64,000 bases of DNA, taken from positions 469,147-533,146 of the forward strand of contig JALDTO010000155.1 of assembly GCA_023515725.1 (NCBI GenBank). Reading direction: 5' to 3'. Origin of the DNA: Amoeboaphelidium protococcarum X5. Lineage: Eukaryota; Fungi; Aphelidiomycota. The notes under the pieces were generated by a model, which ran no database searches, had not been told where the DNA came from, and saw only the letters and a program-made list of their open reading frames with translations. Every line of letters starts with the position of its first letter. Position 1 is the first letter of the stretch. This document shows, in pieces, positions 1-14,777 of this stretch. The translations under genes and the position numbers were made by a program.

Positions 1-222
1 AGACTTTCAAGAATGAAGAAGAAAAGGAGGATAATCCACAGACAGAGCCGAGGCCTATCACAGTGATGCGTGTGACGCGTGATTCATCGCGGAGATGCTC
101 GAAGTTGAAAGAACACGTCACGCGGTGATACACAAAGATATAACACGAAAAATAGGTTGGATCCAATACTCAATATTTCACACAAGTCAAGATTATGTCT
201 TAATACAGGTTCCATTCCATAA

Positions 223-1896
223 TCACATCTTCGGACCAGCTTCACATACAGACTTCTCAGCCATGGACGCGTACTGCTTAAAGTTGTCTTGGAACAGTTT
301 GGCCAATTCATTGACGGTTGCCTCATACTCAGAGGAGGAATCCCAACTCTTCTGTGGGTTCAACACGTTATCGGGTACATTTGGACAAGACTTTGGAATC
401 TACAATCCAAACACTGGATAATTCTCATATTGGGCCTTGTTCAGAGAGCCATCATGGATTGCATCAATAACGGCACGGCTGTACTTTAGCGAAATTCTCT
501 TACCCTAACCGAAAGCACCACCACTCCAGCCAGTATTCACCAGCCAAGCATTGGCCTTGTGATGGCGCATCTTCTCTGCCAACATGGTGGCATACTTGGT
601 TGGATGCCAGACCAGGAACGGCTGGCCGAAGCATGCACTGAAAGTAGCTTGAGGCTTCACGACTCCCATCTCAGTTCCAGGCACCTTACTAGTATAACCA
701 GAGATGAAATGATACATCACCTGGTCCTCGGTCAACTTTGACACGGGTGGCAAGACTCCCATAGCATCACAAGTCAACAGGACAATGTTCTGAGGCTGAC
801 CAGCCATGCAAGGAATCTTTGCATTCGGAATATACTCGATGGGATAGGCACAACGAGTGTTCTCAGTCAATTCAGAATTGTCATAATTGACAACACGAGA
901 CGTTGGCTCATAGACGACATTTTCCAAAACGGATCCAAAGCGAATAGCATTGTAAATCTCTGGTTCCTTCTCTCCGCTCAAGCCAATACACTTGGCATAA
1001 CATCCACCTTCAATGTTGAACACGCCCTTTTCACTCCAACAGTGTTCATCATCACCAATCAACTTCCTGTGAGGATCTGCAGACAGGGTAGTCTTACCAG
1101 TACCACTAAGACCGAAAAACAGGGAGACATCACCATCCTTGCCTTCATTAGCACTAGAATGCAGAGATAATACTCCCTTCTTTGGCATCAGATAGTGCAT
1201 CACAGTGAACACACCCTTCTTCATCTCACCAGCATACTGTGTACCCAGAATGACCATCTCATTTCTGCCAAAATGAACCGCAATAGAAGTCGTACTGGTC
1301 ATACCCAAGGTATAACGATTAGCAGGAAACTGACCAGCATTAAAGATGGTGAAATCAGGATGATGAAAATCTTTCAGCTCCTCCTCAGTTGGACGGATCA
1401 ACATGTTCTTCATAAAGAGAGCGTGGTAAGCTCTAGCACACACCACACGAATCTTCAGACGATGCTCAGGATCCCAACCTGCATAACCATCAATAACATA
1501 CAGACGGTCGCGGGTGTTCAAGTAATCCACAGCACGCTCACGGTTGATCATGAAAACCTTATCATCCATCTTGATGTTGACCGGTCCCCACCAAACATCA
1601 TTGGTGCATGAAGGATCATCGACAATGCGCTTATCCTTGGGACTTCTGCCAGTCTTCTGACCACTTGAAGTTGCCAGAGCGCCAGTACTAGTAATAGCCG
1701 AGCCCTCCTCATACTTCAACGCCTCTTCATACAACACCGCAGCGCTTGCATTATGAATAATTGGTCTGTTGTAATCAATACCAGCTTCATTGTGCAATGT
1801 CTCAACCACCTCAGTGTAAGTCTCATCATCAGCCATTTGCGCACGAGATCTTCTATAGTTGCCATTCATATTGTTCTATTGTTCAGATGGAGCCAT
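223..1896 (-). CDS. PCK1: Phosphoenolpyruvate carboxykinase (ATP)
   Basis: Motifs [42 protein letters not shown]. The frame continues through TAG (505-507) into [17 protein letters not shown]... and ends at TGA 223-225. In-frame ATG at 1896. Confidence 0.96.
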
Positions 1897-2666
1897 CTTC
1901 AACTATGTGCTTTTATTATATAAAAAAAGATAACTTCAGTAGTGATTCTCAGGGAGGAAGAAGACGGAAGAAGTGAATGTTTGTATTACTCAACGCTGGT
2001 GCTTACAGTTGTGAAAACAATCTGGAAACGGCGCAGGTTGGCAAGACGGGGAGAACACTGAGCGGCGAAACCGTGAGAGCGATCGCCGTGTGACTTTTCC
2101 CCAAAAGCTAACAATGTTGGCGATCCATCCATTCACTATGCCTGAAAGTACGTACCGTATGACAATTTTAAATTCAAATCGTTCTAGTTTTAAAGATTAA
2201 GAAATAATCTATTTTAATTACTCACAGCAACATTATTTCTCAATAAAGTTTAATTTAAAGCGACCAAAGCATTTCGTTTTACTTCACTGTATCAGTTCTG
2301 GTAAAACTTGAACATCAATGAAAGCGCTACAGGAAATGTTCAACATGAATGGGTAGTGCGTGAAATTCACGAAGAATAGCGATTATGTGAGTGAGTGTGT
2401 TTGACAGGGAATGCCAAGACATTTGCCATTCATTCATCGATCGTTTCAACATTTTTGTTTTGTTTGACAATTGTTTGAAACCGAATGAAAAAAAACTCTA
2501 TTGGGCGCTGATCAAAGCCACCTCCAGGCCAACCATTTAGCTTATCTGAATCACATTTGTGTTCCATCCACTCGGCAAAATTGTCGTCATCATTATCATC
2601 GATCAAAACAAAAACAAAAAGAGTATAAAACTCGCAGCGGTTGCGCAATTTAATTGTTTTGATCAA

Positions 2667-4628
2667 ATGGGCGTTATGTCTGTCTGGCGTTAAATTGTCC
2701 GACTTAAAAGTGAACATATGGCCATGTTGACCTCCATCTTGGTGCTTTGCTCCATTCTCCTGCTGGTGGCGATATTCTCGATTGATAGCTTTGGCAATCC
2801 TAGTATGATACATCGACGGCTGTACTTTAGATTTGGTAAATACCCAACAGACGCTGTTTCCTCGAATCCATTTGCAACTTAATCGAAACATTATGATCCA
2901 GTGCAGAGTAGGAATATTACAGAAGTTAAGTAACAAGAGTTAACTCGGAACGATATTGTAACGTGGGTTCCGCTATTATACACTTTAGATCAGGCGAGAA
3001 TCAAGTTCGGATTGTATATGATATAGGCTTGGCTGGATATCAGGCCGCAATTCTTTCATGAAAATGCCGAGTTGGTTATTTTGGGATCTTATAGTCATAT
3101 ACTTGCTCAAGACATCTCCTACCCGTGGCTTCAGCCTGGCCGTCTCTCTTGCGCTATCGTGGACTCTTCTGATTACAGTCAGGTTCTTATCGCGTCTGAA
3201 GCTAGGATGAAGTTTGTATTTGAACGTAATGATTATCGACCTGCCATTATAACATGTCCGGTATCTAATTCATAGCTTGGCATGCTCCGTGCTGCAAATT
3301 CCAAGTTTATGATCACCTTGCTACCGATTAATATTAAATATTCTGATCAAGTTGAAGAGAGTTGGATATCTTTAAATTTATAGAGTGACTTTAGCATTTA
3401 AAAGCTATTGGATGTCGAACAATTGGATACAATGGCTATTTGTACCAATGCTATGAGAGGCAATATCTACCAAGATACTATCAAGACTTGGATTGAGTAT
3501 CATAAACTGATGGGATTTGAGAACGTTTTCATGTATAATTACTCCATCCCTCTAAATGGTCATAGTTTTAAAGTCGCTTAGCACTATCAATAAAGCGATC
3601 AATCTGTCTAAATAGCACATTGGATCTCACCTCCATTGAATGCTAGCGATCGCTTGCAAAAGTAAACTTGGCTGGATGCTGTAGATTCCGTGGCGGTTCT
3701 AGTCGTGGCAAAGTATGAACAAGAGCAGCGTACTATCTCTTATATCTCAAACAGGCCGTCTAGTCTTGTGCCAGATTCTACTTTTGCACTGATTAACATT
3801 CATTATTACGGATAGTCTATTCTGTCTTAGTAGTGTCTGATGAATGCCGTTGGTAAATTCAAGTACGTTGCGTTTATTGATCTGGACGAGTATATGGTTG
3901 CAAAGTAGGAAAGCCTTCTATCATCGATAAAAAAGACAGAGCAACGTCATTCAGACTCTGTGCTTTATAGTTTTGGTATCAGGAACTCGTTCTCTTGCAG
4001 CAACTGTCGATTGGATGTGAATTAAATATCTGTTGACTAGTTTGGTGTCTCTGGAGTCAAGTAATTTGAAATAACATAATTGCGAGCTAATTCATAGATT
4101 ACCAAATGTGTTTATGGCTTTAAGAGTACTCCTGGTTACGAGAATACTTAGCATCTACCTTATGTATATAACAGTGCCTATAGGGAGGTATTTGTGAGTC
4201 CTCCGTTCAAGCGATCCAAGCTTATAGTCAGATCTCTACTGACAGAACACGTTCTGGTTCATTAACCGGGAGCTCCTCTAATTAAGAAGTTTAACTAATA
4301 GACTGTTTGTTAATAGGGACCTGTTGGTCTACACAATCTTTTTACATGTCCCGAGTAAGAAATCCAAAGACTGGTTGGCTGCGGTGGTTAGTCCAATGCC
4401 GTTCCAGCTAATCACACTATTGCATTCTTCAGTCCCGATGATGTGCTCCTGCATCATATCAGAGTGCCTCTGAGTAAATTTGACATGGCCAGATTACCCA
4501 ATGGAAGGGCGATACAGCCGCGTTCTATGAAGTGCACAGATGCATGTCCTCTGCCTGGCACATACGACTTCTCATTGGTGCAGAAACTTCGAAAAGAGGT
4601 TATGCAGAGATTAATTGAAAATTGTTGA
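2667..4628 (+). CDS. Type II membrane glycosyltransferase, GT92/DUF23-like
   Basis: Single TAR-containing frame. N-terminal TM (ILVLCSILLLVAIFSI), TWIEYHKLMGFENVFMYN, and HYYGQ...CL...KYVAFIDLDEY (DxD). Confidence 0.75.
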
Positions 4629-4757
4629 ATCAAAAATAGAATACTATTGATGGGGGCTGATTGTGTTTATATCCTCTTTCTCTTCCGCAAGAATTTTCAC
4701 TCCAATATTGAACAATTCAAATTAGGCTCTTACGGTATACTCGAGATCATTAAAAAT

Positions 4758-5234
4758 ATGGCACCAAGAATAAGAACTATACACGATTTATACAGGAAAA
4801 ATGATGGAAACGTAAGAACTACAAATAGGGATGGTTTGAGTGATGATGAAGCATCCTCACCAAAGTCTGACGCCGAGATTTAATGTAAGCATCACTGTAT
4901 TTCTAGTTAAAATACAAAGTGTTCAATTTTATATCACTTGCTGTGACATGTAGCATTCATGAATAGACTATCTTTGTCACTCCGGGACAGAAATGTACAG
5001 CTGAAAATAATCTTATGGCTTATTTTACTTGTCGCGACGAGTTATTATGGCTTCGGAGGAGTGTATGTGTGCATGAGTATTCTGGTCATCATATATATCA
5101 ATACATCGACAAAGCCACGAGACTCTTCACAGATGTCTGCTTACAGCGTGTTTAATAGAAATAATGAGCGTATACTTGGAGATAGAGATCCCAATTCTAT
5201 TGATTCGCAATTGAAATCTGGAACCATATTCTGA
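4758..5234 (+). CDS. SAYSD1: SAYSvFN domain membrane protein (intron 4885-4953)
   Basis: Hairpin TM followed by SAYSVFNRNNERILG. GTAAGC...TGTAG intron restores the frame. Confidence 0.85.
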
Positions 5235-5649
5235 TTCTGATATACAGTAAAGTACTGATAGTATTTTGAATGATTTCACTCCCTCTTAAATGTACGTTAA
5301 TTCTAGTATTTAAAGCAATTTTTGGTCTTGAATCGCGTCATACACACTGTGTGCAAAAAGTTGACATGTACAGTACAGTATATAATGAGTTCTGTCATCT
5401 TCTCCCGATTAGATTGATCGCGCCTGTTTCACCGTTGTTTTGTTCGTTATGAACACATACGTACAATAGAGCACTCAAGTTATGCGAAACAACGACTTTT
5501 TAATAGAAGTTACGCGTGACGGACGACCATCGTTTCACTCCTTATTGTGTCAGCAGACTATCGAACAATTGAGCATTGTTTCACTCCACTTGACAGTTTC
5601 ACAATTTAGGGAGAGTCATCTATCCCAACTTTGCACCTATCTGCCTGAT

Positions 5650-6564
5650 ATGTTTCAGAAATACCTTCTGCTTGCTGCTGTATTGGTATCAGGTACCTTT
5701 TCTAATGCAGAGCAGCTGAGCGATAAATGCCAGCGGGCTCTGGATGCCTTTATTAATCCGTCTGTGGATGTGCTGAAACTGTGTGGTAGCAAAGTTCCAC
5801 CTGCGACAATGCCGCTCGAGATTAGCTCTGGTCAAAAGAAGTAGAAAAAGTCTAGTGTGATGTCCGTGCCTGACGACAATCCATTTACGCTGTGGCAGAA
5901 ATAATGCTCCTAGTAGTGTTGTAAGCTTAATTTATTGATACGAAACTGAATATTTAGATACCGTTTTATATGCATGTTCATATACTGTATTTGATGCTTA
6001 AAACTAGCTGTACAAGAACATTTATATGGCGTGTGGACAAGACTTCAACATAACTGTGCCTGTGAATAATGTAAGCGACATAGGTGCAACCTCCAAGCAG
6101 AACCTTCCCGCATTGACAGTGTTCAAGGTTAACATTCTAACTCGCGACTTGCTCTGCCTCAATTAAAAATAAGCCAACTACACGCAATATTGTTGGTTTG
6201 ATCTGGTAAATTTCTATAAATAGAGTCGTCTAATCATTTGTATTAATGAGTTATTTATCGTGTGTAGGTTGTAAATGGTAAGAGTAGCAGATAGGTGAAT
6301 AGAAGCGCCACTTGCTCAGATTGTGCAGCGCTGGTATACGCTTCGGTTTAGGCTTTGAGCTCACAGTCTTATGTTAACTTCACACAATACATGGAACCGT
6401 ATCTGGAGCAGGCCACTCCTTTGATGAAGGCTGCAAATAAAACCTGTCCTCCACGTTGGTTCAAAAATCTACCAAGACCTCCATTCTAGATTGGATCCGC
6501 GTCCAAGGTCAACGCAAATTGGACCGCAATACTTGTCGCTTTATTGTTTTTGGCTCTGTATTGA
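5650..6564 (+). CDS. Secreted Cys-rich, probably GPI-anchored protein (2 introns, ~5921-5957 and ~6206-6267)
   Basis: Signal peptide MFQKYLLLAAVLVSGTFSNA. Several Cys (LLCL...YC, TCSDC). Hydrophobic C-terminus GSASKVNANWTAILVALLFLALY before TGA. Confidence 0.65.
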
Positions 6565-6647
6565 TGCTGATGTGTAATGTATGATGTTTGAAGATTTTTT
6601 AATAATGATTTAATGTTTTATTCATGTAAAAATTTCATCCTGTTATA

Positions 6648-9600
6648 TCAAAATTTACCCAATTCTTCCAACCGCTGCTTCAATCTATTGTAGAAGAATC
6701 TTCTAGAATCCTTCCATTCCACAATGCCATTGATAGCCTTCTTGGCAAGCATTCTCTCCGGCTTGTCATGTAGATCTGCAAAGTGAACAGCCGCCTGCTA
6801 ATACGCTGGTAGCAGCTACTGCTCCACCTCCTTCAGTTGTAACTCCATTTCGCGTAGTTCACAGTTACTCACACCTCTGTCGGCCTTGGCAATTTTATAT
6901 TCATCGCTCAGCTTCTTGTACTGCGGATTAAGACGTTCCATCATGTTCAGTAACTTCTACTTTCTAAACTTGATCTCCACAATACCTTCTGGTTCGAGGA
7001 CACCACCACGAGCATCAGGATCAGCATACATCTCAATAAACTTTGGATTGATCGCAGAATCCAAAACTACCCAAGCACCACCGCGAAGTTCAGCAAATGG
7101 CGGCAGATACACAAACACCGGCCGCTTATAATCACTCAGAGCATCGACAATCATTGCACCATACTTCAAAATCTCATTGTACATGTCCATCATCCCACCG
7201 CTAAATCCTCTCCAGTTTGCCAAAATGAACAAAGGCATTTGCTCGCCGTGATTGAAATCATTAATAGCCTGGGCAGTCTTGAATGCATTATTTGGAAACC
7301 ACACCTGACCAGCTTGTTGATGAACACCTTCAACAGAATTCGCACACGCAGGATCAGCAGGTACAACGTATTCTCTCGATCTAACTTCCACAGCAATTAC
7401 ACCACACGGTATTCCACCAAGTCTAGCTCTGCCAACGACAGTTGTCTTGGCCCACCCGGCAAGAGTCTCTACAAATGACCCTTTATCAAACATTCCGTGC
7501 ATAAAGATGCCATCAACATCTGCACCAGATATCAGGCTTCTCACATCATATTGACCGCTCTTGGTTGGATGATATTCGACATCGCGATCTACAACAGCAT
7601 CAATGTTGTGGCTGACAGAACTCTGTGATAGAGGAGCATCTCTATGCTTTGGCACAAAACTGAGCCAATTCAAAATCTGCATAACACCATGCATATCGTC
7701 GTGAGCAGTCAGATGAGTGACACCGTTATTATGCATTATCTGAGTACCACCAAGTTGCAAATTAGAGGTGTATACTTCGCGGCCAAGAACCTTGTTTAAA
7801 GCCCCAGAACCAGTCAATATGATGGGATGTCCATCCACTTGTATCACTCTCTATCCAAGACGGACCAAATACGCACCAATGCCAACTGATCTACACGACA
7901 CCATAGAAATGGTAAAAATATCCTTATATGCGCGACTAGTACTACCAGCAATCATTCCAGAGCCCTTCAAATTTTCAACACCAATACCTTCTTGCAAACC
8001 GATAACATCCAAAATTTTAAATCTCACCTAACCATTGATGTTAATCTCTTCAAAATGCGCGGCAATCTTGTTTCCATCATCACCACCACCAACGCTATTG
8101 CTGACTGAGGAGACTTTAGCACAAAGCGACTTATAAGAGTTTTCATCCAAATACAAGTAATCAACGCCAGAGTGAACATCGTCCTCATTCTTCCAAGCGA
8201 CTTGGAATAAACCACTCAGCTCTTCAGCCAAACCAATTCTGGCACCGGAATTAGCACTCAGATATATACGCGGAATACCTAATCTCTAGGCCATCTCGGT
8301 TCCCAGATTAAAGAGCATATCCTCATCCACTCCGAAAGATCCAATCTAGTGAGTTATATCATTGGCCAAAACCAGCACCTGTCTTCCTGCTGGATACTCT
8401 GGTGTCTTCATAGTGAACATCCATAGCACCATTCCAATATCATTAGAACCTTCTGGGCGCGAAATCTCAACCAATTGCTTACTCTGAGGATCAATCACAA
8501 ACTCTTGACACTTCAAAGCATCCTGAGGTATCTATGCTCCACATTTGGTCCAAGCCAAAGACAGCGCTTGTTCAAACAACTCTGGATAGTCGTACACATA
8601 CGTGGTTCCCAACAAATGAGCTTTGTATCTCTTTGGTTGCAGTGGTTCTTTAGTCTAGTACAAAAACTGCACCTCGAATCCATGATACGATCCAGTGCCA
8701 TCTTTCAAACTACGCAACAAAGTCTTACTACTATCCGCCGCCATGATCACCTCCTTGTAGCCCTCAGTCTTCAACACATACCCAGATACATTGGTTAAGA
8801 AGAAGCGATGAGGTACCAGCTTGCCCAGCTCATGGTCATATATGACAATACGAATCTCAGCGTTGGTGACACGCAATTTCCACAGTCGGTAACCATGACG
8901 CATTATGAATCCAGGTAGAGCCAGTTCAACGTCTCTAGCAGTAATATTCTTGAAGTGTGGAACAAAATTGATAAAGATATGATTACAGTCCGCCTTTGGC
9001 TACTCAACACACACAATCTCCAAGGCGTCCAGAGCCTCCATAAGAACACGATCTCCAAGCGAAGTGAGATAGTCAATGGTGGCCTCTCTCAAATCATTCT
9101 CTGTGGAACCAACTAGTTTAACAGGACGCGCCATAACACGTAAGAAGAAACGCTCATCAGAGGTATTCTCTTTGCCAATGGCCTAATAGATGTGAAGACG
9201 AGGCAAATGATATTTCAACACTGGCGCAATCTTAAAGTTTGACAATCTATGCAGCTCAAGCTGATGCGCCATCGCAGGTTCAATGTTACGCAACATCAAA
9301 TCTTCCTTGTAATCACCTGATTCCGTATCTAGCTTGAATGACTAGTAGTTAGGATATTTACCAACCTTGTCAAATATTATGAAATTGCATTAAATGACAT
9401 TTTTGGACTTTAATACGTCTTTCGACTGCTCTATAACGGCACCATAACTATTCTCATTACCACATTTGGTCACAATATACAGACATGTTGCTTTCATATC
9501 ATTAGTCTACTTGTTAAGAGTACCATCGATGACGCTCAACTAGAACTTGGAAAGATCATCCTCAACAAACAATAAGCCTTGCTATGAAGAGCTCGCAGGC

Positions 9601-12600
9601 ACACTACTGTCAGCAAAAGACCATTTTAAATAAAACGGCAAATGCTCAGTATCCAGATCATCAACTTGAATTAAAGTCGAATGAAAGGCACGTCTAATGT
9701 ATACCTGCATAGCAGCCAGACTGACAAAGCGATTGTTATCAAACATGAATGATACCAAGACATCAAATAGCGTATAACTCGTATTTATCAACGGGACTAG
9801 AGCACTAATATTTGGTGTTTTATACTCTGGAAACTGCAACTCAGCAGATGCAGTGGACTAAGCTAGAATATTAGACACGAATTACACACGATCATCCAAG
9901 CTTGGGATATGAGACTTTATCACCATCTCTCTGGCTTTAAGAGCTGCCGGAGCGACATTGCCATGATTTAATTGAGCCAGTTTCTTAACCATAGCCTTCA
10001 ATTCATCAATAGATTCCAAATCTAAACTTGAGTCAATCTTGTCTAATAACGCCATCACCAATTGCAGTCTAGGCATAACATTAATATGCGCCACAACGAT
10101 ATCAGTCACTTTTTACAGATCTGTAGAATGCTACTCACGCAAATTCATGATAACACCCACAGTGGTCGTGCTATTCTCAGATAGTTTAGACTGCAGATCA
10201 TCAACATTGTCAAATAGAACCTCCACCTCATAGAACTTGCGCAATAAATCGCGGAAGCATCTGGCTAGTTTATCCTCCACTGAGCCAGAAAATTATTTCA
10301 AACATTCCATGAAGCTCGATAGCTGATCTTGAACTGAAGAATGATGATAATCAGTGCACTCTATAATCTTCTGATATAATCCACCAAGATCACCGCCAGC
10401 CGTCAGCACAGGACTGATGATAGAATCTAGACTAGGTGGCAGCCTGCTTTGAATGCTAGAGTAAGCCGCTATAGCAGCATCTACAGCTAGCTTATTGTCA
10501 GAAAGCACGTCACACAACTGAGAAAGTAACACTTCCACCCTCTGACAGCTTTGATAACCATCCATGTGGCATTTCAACTTGGTATAAATAGCGTCAAATC
10601 TCACCACGGGACGATCCATTTAAGCAACCGGTGGCAAGAATTCTGGCAGCTTCTCAGTGAACGGTGTTATTACAGAGACTTGAGCATCAGAATCGAACGT
10701 CAATCTACCTATCAGATCATTAGGCTTCAGTACAGATCCAGGCTACTTCACAAACGTTATCACTCCAGATTCGCTGGCGATCAAAGGCATACACATCTTC
10801 ATGACTTCAATCTCTGCATATGCTTACAGCTTATTGACATGAGCACCATCTTTAACAAGGTGGCGAATGAGCTTCCCCGGTGATGGACTTCTCAACTAAC
10901 TAGGATCTAAATCCTTTTCCAAAATGCACGTCTTACCATCAATGATCATTCTTGTACCATCCACCTCATCTCTGGCATAGACGTTATGAGATTTATTGTT
11001 AAAGAGCACAAGGTAGGACTAGTCTGACAACAGCCGGTATTGCACCTCAACACGGCTACCGTTTATAGCAACAGATAGCGAAGCTGGTGACGTCTGATTA
11101 ACAGAAAAGCTGAATTTCTATCGCTCATAATTCAGAGTGATCTAAGTGGACAGCTTCAGAAGTGATCTAGAAGCCACCTGGCCACGCTTGAGTGCCTCCA
11201 TGTATTCACCACGCTTCTTGGCAAATTCAATCTAAGCTTTCACCACAGCACCGCAGATGACAGCAACGTACTTGTCCGGCTTCTCGGCAGTCATTCTCTT
11301 GGTGATCAACATATCAAGCCAACCAGTGTGGATACTATTACTTGAAAATGCCTCAGTCTCCAGCAACTTGACCAAATACTCAACAGTAGTTCTGAAGTCT
11401 CCACGAATACTCAACTCTTTCAGAGCCATAATCATATTCTTACGAGCCTGATGTCTATCTTCGCCATATGCAAATACATGACCAAACTGGGAATCCGCAA
11501 ACTCATGGAGACCTCCATTGTTGCCAACACTGAAATAACCCCAGACATTCAAACTGCTCCTGAAATTGAGCGACTCCATCAAACCACCACTAGGCTTAAA
11601 TCCTTCTTCTGGGTTCTCGGCGGTTATTCTAGCAGCAATAACATGTCCCTTTGCAGATGGACGGCGTTAAATGGAAGATGACTGAGGATTCGTGAAGTCA
11701 AAATCAATCAAAGAACTGCTTCTCGGTGAAAGACCATACATCAATCTGATTTCCTTAATATCATGCAACGGGATGCCCATAGCCACCAAAAGTTATGATG
11801 CCGGCAGATTGATACCAGTCACCATCTCAGTACATGGATGCTCCACCTGCAGACGAGGATTCAACTCGAGAAAGTAAAAGTTATCCGTCTCCGGTTCATA
11901 CAAATACTCAACTGTACCAGCCGAAACGTATCCAACCATCTTGGCCAGGCGTACGGCCGCCAGCTCCATCTTCTCAAACGTCGATCGCGGTGCAATAGTC
12001 ACAGGAGCCTCTTCTACAATTTTCTAATGACGTCGCTGCACAGAACAGTCTCGCCCAAACAGCGAAATTACGTTGCCGTACTGATCTGCCAGAATTTGCA
12101 CCTCCAAATGACGCGCGTTTCCAGCCAGTTTCATCACAAAGATGGGAGAGCCGGCAACCTCGGCACAACACTGCTCATATGCATGTATAAACTTATCAGC
12201 ACTTTCAACCTTTCTAATTCCCTTTCCGCCACCTCCTTCGCTCGCTTTAATCATCACAGGGAACCCAATACGTTTAGCCTGTTCTAAACCTTCCTCAGCC
12301 GTCTTCACACAAGCACTTTGGTATAAATCATCCGGAACTGTAACGTGCCCATCTTTATCCACAGAGTCTTCATCCAGCATGATGCCATCTCCACTCCACG
12401 CCATAGTAGGTACTTGTGCAGACTACGCAACAATAGTAGATGATATCTTGTCACCCAAAGACCACATTGCACTAGCCGGAGGACCAATAAACACGATTCC
12501 GCACTTCTTCAAAGCACTAGGTAGTTTGGGATTCTCGCTTGCGTGTCCCCAACCAGCCCAAACAGCGTGACATTGTGTACGCTTTGCAATATCAACAATT

Positions 12601-12957
12601 AAATCGACATTGGCATAATTGTTATGATTACTTCCTCCGGGTACATCCACACACTAATCAGCCAGACGGATATATTCGGCATTGTGAGACAGGTCTTCCG
12701 GGGTGGCCATCGCAACAAATTCAATGGCTCTCTCATAGCCAAATGTCTCATACGCCCACTTGCGCACAGAACGTATTTCCTTAACTGCTGCAATACCATT
12801 ATTGGCAATCAAAACTCTGGATATCACCGTGTGTCCATTACTACGACTAACAAAATCAGCAACGCCTACAATAATACAAGGAAATGAATAAACCATAAAC
12901 GATCATTAAACATTACATGCACTTACTATTATTGTAAGATGCTTTGTTACCGAGCAT
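6648..12957 (-). CDS. ACC1: Acetyl-CoA carboxylase (BC-BCCP-CT), intron 12866-12926
   Basis: [34 protein letters not shown], biotinylation motif [23 protein letters not shown]. The ORF fragments are joined in one frame by TAR codons. Confidence 0.97.
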
Positions 12958-13465
12958 TTAATCTAATTACTCAGAATAGTGGTAATAAAATCTAAATTAG
13001 TCAGTTATATTAGTCTATTGTGTGATGGGATGAAGCGAATTGAAGCGGAGAGAGAATGGAGTGTGGCGTAGTAGGACCTTGTTCTCGTGGTTTAGTTGTC
13101 GCAAGCAATTAAGCGCTCGATCAATCAGTCATTCTTTCAGGGGCGATTGAGGGCGGCGCGATGATCAGCGTTCGCGAGTCGAAACAACGCGCTGCTTCGT
13201 GTAACGATGTTGGATGCAACGCGATCATTAGGACATCTATTGCGTGCCCTCTTCTATTTGTATCACGTGATGAAGTATATTTTATTCTTAATATCAAATG
13301 ATAGTGTAAAAGATCGCGGTATTCTTTTGAAGTATTACTCGGCGTCTCTCGCTCACAGTTAGAGGGATTCGTTTCTGTTTGGGCAGTTTCAAACCTCTGC
13401 CTCTTTTCCAACAAAGCGCGCTGTATATACAGTACATGGTATAATTTTACTGAATATTCGCAATC

Positions 13466-14555
13466 ATGGACTAATATTTGAGGATTAAAATTGTTGGCAG
13501 AGGTGCAAATGGGTAATTTATACTATATATAACCGGAATCGCCAACATTAAATAACTTTATAACATTTATTGTAGTGCCGCCATATTGTGTAAGAGAAAG
13601 AAGGACATGCAAATGGTGGTGGTGAAAGAATTGTTCGAGAAGGAGATGAGCGAGGAGGACCGTAAGCAGTCGATGAATGAGATTTAGGTTCTCTCTATGC
13701 TGAAGCACCCTAATATCATTGCATACTATGACAGTTTTACAGTTGACAATAATAACAATTAGTCGGACAGCTTACTCACATCCAATGCTGCTTCTGCTAT
13801 TACTCAATCCACAGACAAATCTCTCATGATCATCATGGAGTATGCTGATGGTGGAACGTTATTCGACTTGATTCAAAATTAAAAAGCTTATTTCAGCGAG
13901 CAGGTATGTTGATGTACTTCTAATCTGGTGTTTGATCTGTAGCACGTAATCTTTTGATTATGTAGGAACTCATGTACTTTTTTGTCTAGATTGCTATGGC
14001 TATGCATCATGTTCATTCACACAATATTCTGCATAGAGATTTAAAGACTTCTAATATTCTCATATGTGGTAAAGGACCGAATAAAGTACTCAAGATTGCA
14101 GATTTTGGAATATCCAAACTTCTGAGCACTAAAACTAAAGCTGAGACAGTAAGCTTATTTAAAAGTATGGAAATAATTTCAAATAATTTCTTGAGGTGTA
14201 GATTGTCGGTACTCCCTCTTATCTATCTCCAGAGCTGTGTGAAGGGAAACCATACAACAAGAAGAGCGATATATGGGCTCTCGGTTGCGTGCTAGCAGAG
14301 ATTGCGTGTCTAAAGCGATTTTTTGACGCTACGAATCTGCCAGCATTAGTGTTGAAAATTATGCGCGGTGCTCATGAATAGATTCCTAATCAGTATAGTG
14401 ATGACATCCAGAACTTGATCAAGGCTATGTGTGCGAGTAATCCAACTAAACGGCCTGACATGAATGAAATTATCGGTATGCCCTTTCTGCAAGAGCCCAT
14501 GATTGATGCTCAGATGACTATTGGTCGTCCTCTACCATTCTCTACTGAACAGTGA
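13466..14555 (+). CDS. NIMA-related kinase, NEK8-like catalytic domain only (introns 13513-13575, 13904-13965, 14149-14201)
   Basis: [59 protein letters not shown]. Confidence 0.88.
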
Positions 14556-14777
14556 GTAAAAATATGTTTTTATTACTGTGATGTCTCTTGATACCATTGT
14601 AATTCTTTCTAACAGTGTCACGCGTTAGACTACAAATCTCCATGCCAACCATTGTTTAGCACACGGCAATGTAGCAACAGGCTCGGCCCCATATTACAAT
14701 CATACACCATCTAATCTTCCACTCTACTATTGTAATAACTACTAAGTTAATTAATTGTCGCAACAGAATAATCAGCA

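Noticed and set aside
2430-2936. 168-aa minus-strand ORF
   Set aside because: Antisense to the GT92 5' end and promoter, non-ATG start, no motif.
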